The position numbers and the translations under genes were made by a program. A stretch of 45,484 bases of DNA from Chiloscyllium plagiosum (taxonomy: Eukaryota), in contig NC_057718.1 in NCBI RefSeq assembly GCF_004010195.1, positions 46,325,142-46,370,625 of the forward strand, given 5' to 3'. The notes below the pieces were generated by a model. That model had not been told where the DNA came from and did not search any database. It saw only the letters and a program-made list of their open reading frames with translations. This document shows, piece by piece, positions 12,949 through 21,321 of the stretch. Each line of letters begins with the position of its first letter. Within the stretch, counting starts at the first letter, position 1.

Positions 12949-13317
12949 AGAGTCCAGGATTAAAGGGCATAATCTCATAGTAAAGGGTCACACCTTCAAT
13001 ATAGAGATGAGGAGGAATTTGTTCTGTCAGAGGGTGGTGAATCTTTGGATTTTGTTACTGCAGAGGACTGTAGGGGTTGGGTCATTAAGTACATTCAAAG
13101 TTGAGATATCCAGATTTTTAATCAGTATGGGAGTCAAGCACTATGGGGTGAAGACAGGAAAGTGGGGTTGAGGATTATCAGATTAATCGTGAACTCAGTG
13201 AATAGCACAGCAGTCTCAATGGGCTGAATGGACTACTTCTGCTCCTATGCCTTATGGCCTTATGGATGAAGTCAGCCACATAAATGACTCTGAGATTGAG
13301 GTATGCTGTAAACAAAG

Positions 13318-14024
13318 TTAACCTCAAACTAGCCAGCCTTCCAGTTTCTGTTCCTCATAAGATCAAAACTAAGTTTAAGCCTCACCCACCTTCCACACAC
13401 AGTCAAAGCTGCAGTTAGAATTTTCTTTTAGATGAAATTCCCTACAGTGTGGAAGCAGGCCCTTCAGCCCAACCAGTCCGCACCAACCCTCTGGAGAGAA
13501 CCCACCCAGACTCATTTCCCGCTGACTAATGCACCTAACACCATGGGCAATTTAGCATGGCCAGTTCACCTGACCTGCAGATCTTTGGACTGTGGGAGGA
13601 AACCAGAGAACTGGGCACAGTGGCTCAGTGGTTAGTACTGCTGTCTCACGGCATCAGGATCCCAGGTTCGATTCCAGCCTTGGGTGACTGTCTGTGTGGA
13701 GTTTGCACATTCTCCGTGGGTTTCCTCCGGGTGCTCCGGTTTCCTCCCACAGTCCAAAGATATGCAGGTCAGGTGAATTGGCCATGCTAAATTGCCCATG
13801 GTGTTAGGTGCATGACTCAGTGGGAAATGTGTCTGGGTGGGTTACTCTTCAGAGGGTTGGTGTGGACTGGTTGAGCCAAAGGGCCTGTTTCCACACTGTA
13901 GGGAGTCTAATCTAAAAAAAATTCTAACTGCACCTTTGACTGTGTGCAGAAGGTGGGTGAGGCTTAAACTTAGTTTTGATCTTATGAGGAACAGAAACTG
14001 GAAGGCTGGCTAGTTTGAGGCTAA
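13318..14024. repeat. About 290-bp-arm fold-back inverted duplication of an HE1 SINE 3' part plus about 105 bp of its flank
   Basis: 13322-13393 is the exact reverse complement of 13949-14020 (72/72). The arms continue inward through the SINE tail, and the loop (about 13612-13732) is the SINE tRNA head. Confidence 0.92.
13612..13914 (+). mobile_element. HE1-type tRNA-derived SINE
   Basis: A box TGGCTCAGTGG, B box GGTTCGATTCC, central TGTGTGGAGTTTGCACATTCTCC...GGTTTCCTCCCACAGTCCAAAGAT, and a CR1-like tail GGGCCTGTTTCCACACTGTAG. Confidence 0.92.
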
Positions 14025-15006
14025 TGGTAGAATCTACAGAATGCTGCACAGTGACCAGTTGAGATACTTGTAAGTACAGGAAAAGTAACCAAAACAAGTT
14101 AAGAGAGCGTAAACAACTGCTTTATCTCTAAGAAGAGCTGGAGCTGAGGAGAATTCTCCACAACATTGTAGCACACATTTGGGGGTGGCTCTCGACACAA
14201 GGAAATCACTTCTAGCTGACTTGTGTTTTCTGAGAGAATTATTGGGAGAAGTAGGAAGCAAACCTGAGTACAGAGCAAACATAGCTATAAACTATATTGT
14301 TCAATTAATAGTACTTGTTCAGTTATTCTTTCTACATACAATAACGTTTGCTTTGTTAAAGATATTCAAAACTTGTGACATCATTCTACTGGTTAAAATG
14401 AAGTTTTCAGATTTCAGTTCAAATGTTAACAGACCTTGACTAGATGGTAATACTTCAAACAGCTTGACAAGAGCAAAGGCAAGTCAAAAACACCTTTTCT
14501 ACAAATTGGATTATATGGCCCCTAGTTTGGGGAGGGGAGGGGTGAGGATTTCCCTCGTGCGACTAAGCTGATACTCAACTGGGAGCAAGTTACAAGCAGG
14601 AGGAGGTAATTTGGTCCCTAAAGCCTACTCCATCATTCAATAAGATTATTGCTGATTTGATTGTGGCATCAGCTCCATCTTCCTGCCTACTTTTGTTAGC
14701 AAAACATTTGTCTACCCCTACCTTAAAGATACTCAATGACCCTGCCTCCACCACTCACTGGGGAAGAGAGTCACACAGACTTATAATACTCTGAGAGAAA
14801 AAGTATCTCCACATCTCCAATTTAAATGGAAGACTCTTCATGGTTAAAATGGTTCTATTGTCTCCCACAAAAGGAAATATTTTCTTTGCAACAAACCAAC
14901 TCAGCACTGTCCCCATCACTTGTCCTACCTGCCTATCTTCCTTTCCACCTATCCACTCCACCCTCCTCTCTGACCTATCACCTTCATCCCCACCCCCAAT
15001 CACCTA

Positions 15007-15623
15007 NNNNNNNNNNNNNNNNNNNNNNNNNNNNNNNNNNNNNNNNNNNNNNNNNNNNNNNNNNNNNNNNNNNNNNNNNNNNNNNNNNNNNNNNNNNNNN
15101 NNNNNNNNNNNNNNNNNNNNNNNNNNNNNNNNNNNNNNNNNNNNNNNNNNNNNNNNNNNNNNNNNNNNNNNNNNNNNNNNNNNNNNNNNNNNNNNNNNNN
15201 NNNNNNNNNNNNNNNNNNNNNNNNNNNNNNNNNNNNNNNNNNNNNNNNNNNNNNNNNNNNNNNNNNNNNNNNNNNNNNNNNNNNNNNNNNNNNNNNNNNN
15301 NNNNNNNNNNNNNNNNNNNNNNNNNNNNNNNNNNNNNNNNNNNNNNNNNNNNNNNNNNNNNNNNNNNNNNNNNNNNNNNNNNNNNNNNNNNNNNNNNNNN
15401 NNNNNNNNNNNNNNNNNNNNNNNNNNNNNNNNNNNNNNNNNNNNNNNNNNNNNNNNNNNNNNNNNNNNNNNNNNNNNNNNNNNNNNNNNNNNNNNNNNNN
15501 NNNNNNNNNNNNNNNNNNNNNNNNNNNNNNNNNNNNNNNNNNNNNNNNNNNNNNNNNNNNNNNNNNNNNNNNNNNNNNNNNNNNNNNNNNNNNNNNNNNN
15601 NNNNNNNNNNNNNNNNNNNNNNN
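15007..15623. other. Assembly gap (617 N)
   Basis: Run of N. Confidence 1.
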
Positions 15624-15708
15624 NCACCTATTGCACTCTACGCTATTTTCTCCCCACCCCCACCCTCCTCTCATTTATCTCTCCACTCTGCAGGCTCTCT
15701 GCCTCTAT

Positions 15709-15740
15709 TCCTGATGAAGGGTTTTTGCCCGAAACATCGA
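15709..15740 (+). ncRNA. Minimal type I hammerhead motif with mutated stem III
   Basis: TC-CTGATGA-A-GGGT-TTTT-GCCC-GAAA-CATC-GA. Both core boxes are intact, but the stem III palindrome ACGT has become ACAT. Confidence 0.65.
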
Positions 15741-15937
15741 TTTTCCTGCTCCTCAGATGCTGCCTGAACTGCTGTGCTTTTCCAGCACCACTCTAACCAC
15801 AAAAGGAAATATCCTTGCAACATTATTCTGTCAAGTGCCTTCAAGAGCTCATTGTTTTAAACTGTAAGGTGTCGAACCAGAAGTAGGCCATCAACCAATC
15901 AAGTGTTCCATCATTCAAAGAGATCGTGTATCAAATA

Positions 15938-16097
15938 ATCCTCACCTCTCATTCTTCTAAATCCTCACCTCCCATTCTTCTAAATCCTCACCTCCCATTC
16001 TTCTAAATCCTCAACTCCATTCTTCTAAATCCTCACCTCCCATTCTTCTAAATCCTCACCTCCCATTCTTCTAAATCCTCACCTCCCATTTTTCTAA
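15938..16097. repeat. Minisatellite, 7 x 23 bp (ATCCTCACCTCCCATTCTTCTAA)
   Basis: Seven near-perfect tandem units, one of them 22 bp, amplified at a junction inside CR1 sequence. Confidence 0.95.
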
Positions 16098-16692
16098 CCT
16101 CAAATGGATACAGGTCCAACCTGCTAAAGCTTTTCCTCATGAGGTATCCTTCAAGCCAGGCATCAGTCAAGTGAATCTCCTAATGCAATTACATCTTTCT
16201 TAAATAAGGAGATCAAATCATACCCAGGATTCTAGATGTGGTCTCACAAATGCCCTGTATAGCTATTGCAAAATATCCTGCTTTTCATATTCCATTTCCT
16301 TTGCAACAAACAATATTCTACATGCTTTCCTAATACCTTGCTGTATCTGCACACTAGTATTTTATGATTCAGGTGCCAGGACACCCAGAACTCACTGTCC
16401 TACTGAGGTCTACTATCTTCCCTCAAATAGGTAATGTGCTGCTTTTCTATTCTTCCAGTCAAAGTGGACAAGTTCACATTTTTCCACATTATACACCAAC
16501 TGCCAAATTTTTGCCACTCAGCTAACATATCCAAATCTCTTTGCAGGGTCCTTTTATTCACATCATAACATAATTCCCTATCGTTGTGTCATCAGCAAAT
16601 TTAGTGAACATACATTCAGTCCCTTTGTACAAGTCATTGATATACACTGTGAATAATTGAAGCACTGATCCCTGAGCACTTCACTCTTTGAA

Positions 16693-17010
16693 GCGGCACA
16701 GTGGCACAGTGGTTAGCACTGCTGCCTCACAGCGCAAGAGACCCGGGTTCCAATCCCGCCTCAGGCGACTGACTGTGTGGAGTTTGCACGTTCTCCCCGT
16801 GTCTGCGTGGGTTTCCTCCGGGTGCTCCGGTTTCCTCCCACAGTCCAAAGATGTGCAGGGTCAGGTGAATTGACCATGCTAAATTGCCCGTAGTGTTAGG
16901 TAAGGTGTAAATGTAGGGGTATGGATGGGTTGCGCTTCGGCAGGGCGGTGTGGACTTGTTGGGCCGAAGGGCCTGTTTCCACACTGTAAGTAATCTAATC
17001 TAATCTAATT
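16693..17010 (+). mobile_element. HE1-type SINE, full length and young
   Basis: GCGGCACAGTGGCACAGTGGTTAGCACTGCTGCCTCACAGCG head; CpGs retained; (TAATC)n tail. Confidence 0.95.
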
Positions 17011-18224
17011 TAATCTTGCCAACCTAAAAATGATCCATTGATGCCTACTCTCTGCTTCGTGTTACCTAATAAATTCTTTACCTATTACTACCATCCATAA
17101 GGTTTTATTTTGTATTGTAACCTTTAATGTGGCACCTCAGTTCACTTGAGCCCATACCTTTCGTAAATCCAAGAACACTCTCCCCACAGATTCCCCTTTA
17201 TCCACGTTGCTCGTTACTTCCTCAAAGAATATTAACAAATTAGCCAAACATAATTTCCCTTTCACAAAACCATGTTGACTCTGGCTGATTATTTTGAGAT
17301 TTTCCAAGTGCCCCACTATAACTCTTTAATAATTTTCAGCAGCAATTATGAGAGGATGGTAACTGGGCCTGTTGGGTCCAAGCTGGCAGAAAGTACTCTA
17401 AGTCAATGTTAAAGTCTGATGACCCTATACATCCATTCTGCATGTTTTCAGCATATGGGCAGCATACTATTAGTCAGGGCACTCGTCCAGGCTGCTCTCA
17501 AAGTAAGCTCTCACAACTAATAAACCTCAGAACCTCATAGCATTGTCAGCAATGGTGTCTCTATTGCCTTTATTGCAGTTGACCTGCTCTGTTCATTGCA
17601 ATGGTTTGACGAAGAGTTTTTACTGCTTCATAGCCATTACTTTGTGCTAAGAAGAGTTAAGTGATTATGTTTTACTAAATGTAATAATATCTAACAAATA
17701 CCTTCTGGAACAAATCCAACATTAACAAAGAGAGAGCAAAAAATATCGTAAAAAACGTCCTGATTTCTTTCAGTGAATTCTAATGAATGCAAGACAAATA
17801 TGTAGGTATCAGCTGCCAGATAACTGCTTTCAAATTAAGCACTAATTATTGTCAGGATTCACAAGAAAGTTATACCTTGTCATAAAAAGGCCAGTCTAGG
17901 TTGTGCCCAGTTCTGTATCAATTAATATTTAAGCAGTAATTACCGCAAACCCTATATTTTCTATGGTAATTAAGATATGATGTTACCTCTATTATGCAAA
18001 ATAATGGCAGAAATGAGCTAAAAAAAACATATTAAGTTATAGAAACTAGTTAACTATTCCATTCTTATTGTTACCTCCCACAGTTGGCTATTCTGACTAG
18101 CTTTGCGATCAGGCTGGAGACTTTGCGCAGAGGCCTGAACAATATGTAATATATAGAGAAACAGGGCACAATCAGATGAGAAGTCAAGTGAGGTCTATCT
18201 CAATGTCAGGAACAACTTGTTTGC

Positions 18225-18423
18225 TTTTTCATTCATTCACAGAGTGAGGGCATTGCTGGCTGGGTGAGCATCTATTGCTCATTCTAATTGGCCAGAGTGC
18301 AGTGAAGGGTCAACAACATTGTCTGGAGACACATGTAAGCGAGATTAGGTGAAGATGGCAGATTCCCTCCCTAAAATGAACCAGGTGGGTTTTTCTGACA
18401 ATTGGCAATGGATTCATGGTCAT
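18225..18423 (-). mobile_element. SacSINE1-like SINE, 3' half
   Basis: Diverged match to 2005-2200 (GCATCTATTGCTCATTCTAATTG...GGATTCATGGTCAT). Confidence 0.7.
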
Positions 18424-18480
18424 AAATAAATATTCATTCCATCATATAGAACTTGAGTATTGCTTAGAAAAATCACTCTT

Positions 18481-18740
18481 TTTGAAGATTTTCATCTTGC
18501 ACTCGGGACAGTGAGCAGGAATACCAATCTCAGGTGAAGACCAACATTTAAGCTGTATGAGAGGAGAATGCTGATTGGTTGCATACAGCTGGTAAATTCT
18601 CCATGGCAACATCTGTACCAGTAAGAGTCCATTTGCCAGCTCAACAGCAATCTCCTCTCATACGGTAGTGGTGTTGGTTTTCCTTAAGGTTGAGGTTCTT
18701 GTGAATGGTCCTGATAAGTGCAAGATGGGAAGCTTTGACA
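18481..18740. mobile_element. Old palindromic (MITE-like) element with decayed hammerhead motifs at both ends
   Basis: Inverted blocks CATCTTGCACT (18493-18503) / AGTGCAAGATG (18717-18727) and GTATGAGAGGAGA (18555-18567) / TCTCCTCTCATAC (18651-18663). The right end reads GTC-CTGATAA-GT-GCAAG-AT-GGGA-AGCTTT-GAC. Confidence 0.6.
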
Positions 18741-18859
18741 ACATGTGTCTTTTTGCAACAATACTCAAAAAAAAATTACAGACACAGAGGTGGTTCATTT
18801 CTGGGGGAAACCACTTCATAAGGTTACCATAACCAATGGAATTTATAGATATTTGATAA

Positions 18860-19205
18860 AAATCAGAAGAACTGTGGATGCTGTAAATCAGAAATAAAAA
18901 CAGTTTCCACACTGTAAGTAATCTAATCTAATCTAATCTAAAAAATAGAAATTGCTGGAAAAGCTCAGCAGGTCTGGCAGTACCTGTGGAGAAAAATCAG
19001 AGTTAGCATTTCCGACCCAGTGACCTTCCTCAGAACTGATGGTAGCTAGGAAAATGTCAGTTTATATGCAGAAAGTAGGGTTGGGGTTGGGGATAAGGAG
19101 TAAATGATAGATTAGGATAGAACCCAAAGAGAGGGAAGAACAGTTGTACAGACAAAGGAGTCAATAACGATTTGGCTATGAGGATAAATAGCTTTAATGG
19201 AGACT
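18860..19205 (-). mobile_element. Penelope-like element pLTR (another family) with a decayed hammerhead at 19001-19036; a short HE1 tail is inserted at 18903-18940
   Basis: Minus strand GTT-CTGAGGA-AGGTCACTGGGTCG-GAAA-TGCTA-AC, followed by ...CTGCCAGACCTGCTGAGCTTTTCCAGCAATTTCT; the insert is GTTTCCACACTGTAAG(TAATC)n. Confidence 0.7.
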
Positions 19206-19670
19206 TGGATGTTGCCAGGGTTGGAGGATCTGAGCTATAGGGGGAGGCTGAACAGGCTGGGGCTATTTTCTCTGGAGCGTCAGAGGCTGAGGGGTGACCT
19301 TATAGAGGTTTATAAAATTATGAGGGGCATGGATAGGATAAATAGGCAAAGTCTTTTCCCTGAGGTCAGGGAGTCCAGAACTAGAGGACATAGGTTTAGG
19401 GTGAGAGGGGAAAGATATAAAAGAGACCTAAGGGGCAACTTTTTCACGCAGAAGGTGATGTGTGTATGGAATGTGCTGCCAGAGGAAGTGGTGGAGGCGG
19501 TATAATTGCAATATTTAAGAGGCATTTGGATGGGTATATGAATAGGAAGGGTTTGGAGGGATATGGGCCAGGTGCTGGCAGATGGGACTAGATTGGGTTG
19601 GGATATCTGGTCGATATGGAAGGGTTGGACCGAAGGGTCTGTTTCCATGCTGTACATCTCTATGACTCTA
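19206..19670 (+). mobile_element. CR1/HER1 LINE 3' end, young
   Basis: Peptide 'MLPGLEDLSYRGRLNRLGLFSLERQRLRGDLIEVYKIMRGMDRINRQSLFPEVRESRTRGHRFRVRG'; tail CTCTATGACTCTA. Confidence 0.93.
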
Positions 19671-19710
19671 TCTAGATTTTTATTGAATTAAAATTCTGTC
19701 ATTGGGGGAT

Positions 19711-19721
19711 CCAAGATGGCG
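19711..19721 (+). promoter_or_regulatory. YY1-binding motif in the L1 internal promoter
   Basis: CCAAGATGGCG at about +8 to +18 of the element matches the YY1 consensus AAGATGGCG. Confidence 0.6.
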
Positions 19722-19886
19722 ACGGTCTAGCAAGATCACATTGCAGAGCTCCGCAACGCAGTGCAAGTGGGAAGAACCTTTAACCCACCCTATCCGGACC
19801 ACCGTGATATCCTGGGAATCTGGAAAGGTTGTGGAGCCCCAGGAAACTGTTAAAAATCAACTTACCTTAGTTTTTGCCATCCAAGG

Positions 19887-20706
19887 ATGCGAAAGAAGGG
19901 AGGAGGAGCATCTGAGGCCGGGCCCATGGCTCAGCCTGCAGGATCCTCAGACTCAATTTCTTACCAGGCTCTGATGAAGGAGCTCATGAAATCTCGCGAG
20001 ATGTTGGGGAAGCAGATAGAGGAGAATCTGGCCCCGATCTCTATCATGCTGCAGAAGCATGAACAGCACCTGGGAGACCTGGAAAAAAAGATGGATGAGG
20101 TTGAACACAGAGACACAGTGGTGGAAGCTGGATCCAAGCACTGGAGACACAGGTCCATAGTTTGCGTGACCAAGTGGATGACCTCGAGAACAGGGGCAGG
20201 AGAAAAAATATTCGGATCATCAGTCTGCCCGAGGGTAAGGAAGGTGAGCGGCAGGCGGGATTTATTGAGGACTGGTTGCAGAAATTCCTTAATTTGGAGG
20301 CTGGAATGAGAGGCTTGAATATCGAGAAGGCTCACCGGGTCACGGCGTGGAGATCAGGTCTGGATCAATGTCCTCATCCTGTCTTGGTGCGGTTTCATCA
20401 TTACAGAGGTAAGGACAGAATTATGGAAGCTTCCAGATTCCAGGGGAAGGATCTGAAGGCCCTAGTTTACGAGGGCTCTAAGATCTTGTTCTTCAGGACT
20501 TCTCAGTGGCAGTGATCTGGAAAAGAAAATTCTATGACGGCGTCAAGAGAAGACTGAGGGAGCTTGGGATCCAGTACTCTCTGAGGTATCCAGCTGTGCT
20601 TCGGATGATCTTAGATGGATCTGTACATTTCTTTGACACATTGGAGAAGGCAAGAGACTTTGTGGACAAATTAACTAAATCTGAACAATTTATTATGTAC
20701 AAATAG
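19887..20706 (+). pseudogene. L1 ORF1 (coiled coil + RRM + CTD, Transposase_22-like), frameshifted
   Basis: Coiled coil 'LGDLEKKMDEVEHR', then 'DDLENRGRRKNIRIISLPEGKEG', 'IEKAHRV', 'PVLVRFHHY' and 'LRELGIQYSLRYPAVL', split over three ORF pieces. Confidence 0.88.
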
Positions 20707-21321
20707 TCGTGTTGTTTGGTTATGTCTTTGGTTTTTTTTAAATAAAAGGAAGTCCGCTTGGGGCTTTCTTTTTCTATCTTTTTTATTGGTAATAATCTGG
20801 TCTAAACTATGTTTGGCAGTGGTTGAGATGTGTACTTTCAATTTCTAAGTTAAATTATACAAAAGGATTGGTGGGGTACTTACCCTTTATTTTCAAAATG
20901 TCTTTATTCATATTGCTCTTCCATGGTGTATTATCTTTCTTTTCTGCTTGTGTTTGCAGTGTTGCTCTAGCTAGGAGGAGGGAAAATGGTTGGGATGGCT
21001 AGATGCTTACTTACAGGCAGTTTATACCCGGTTCAGGTATTTAAATGCCCAGGCTGCAGTATTGGCAGCGGGATGGGAAATTGGGTTTTGGGATGTGTAG
21101 TTGCCAGCTTTGGGCAGGGTGTCAGTTCCCCTATTCAGGTTTATATGTTGGTTAGTTTTTTGGTTTTGGTTGATTTCATCTTTGATAGCTTTGCAGGTTT
21201 GTTAACTGGAGTGGTTTTAGTTTATGTAGTTTTTATGTTCGATGGACCTTGCGACACTAAGGCTTGGCGATTTGTGGTTCGAGTTTGTCCTCTGTAGAAT
21301 CTAAATGTTACCGCAGAAGTT

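Larger units (their letters stand above)
9215..13265 (+). mobile_element. Long degenerate CR1 LINE (endonuclease remnant to 3' tail), interrupted by a PLE
   Basis: NYRPVS-like codons near 10400, DFEKSFDKVPH near 10600, 'VPQGSLLGSLLFTIYINNL' near 10770, and a 3' tail ...TCCTATGCCTTATGG at 13265. Confidence 0.85.
14894..15796 (+). mobile_element. Penelope-like element 3' terminal region (pLTR) spanning the assembly gap
   Basis: Flanking duplication CCACAAAAGGAAATAT..TTGCAACA (14865-14893 / 15797-15822); pyrimidine-rich pLTR with a hammerhead motif at 15711 followed by GATGCTGCCTGAACTGCTGTGCTTTTCCAGCACCACTCTAA. Confidence 0.8.
14590..17340 (-). mobile_element. Degenerate CR1 LINE (RT to 3' tail), interrupted by a PLE, a minisatellite and an HE1 SINE
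   Basis: Minus-strand 'FKLEMWRYFFSQSIISLCDSLPQ' near 14760-14830, KFADD-like codons near 16590, SQHGFVKGKLCLANL near 17240-17285. Confidence 0.8.

Noticed and set aside
13266..14452. Possible old LTR remnant ending ...GATGGTAATA, perhaps starting at TGTTAT 9106
   Set aside because: The terminal CA is missing and no TSD was found; too weak to list as a feature.
14826..15796. Four long ORFs of 207-318 aa in the ORF track
   Set aside because: They are artefacts of translating through the 617-N gap.
16693..16770. tRNA-like A and B boxes (also at 13612, 26700, 30170, 2260)
   Set aside because: These are SINE heads continuous with SINE bodies, not tRNA genes.
19971..19995. CTGATGA...GAAA spacing in L1 ORF1 resembling a hammerhead
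   Set aside because: No convincing stem II or palindromic stem III; it is explained by the codons for LMKELMKS.
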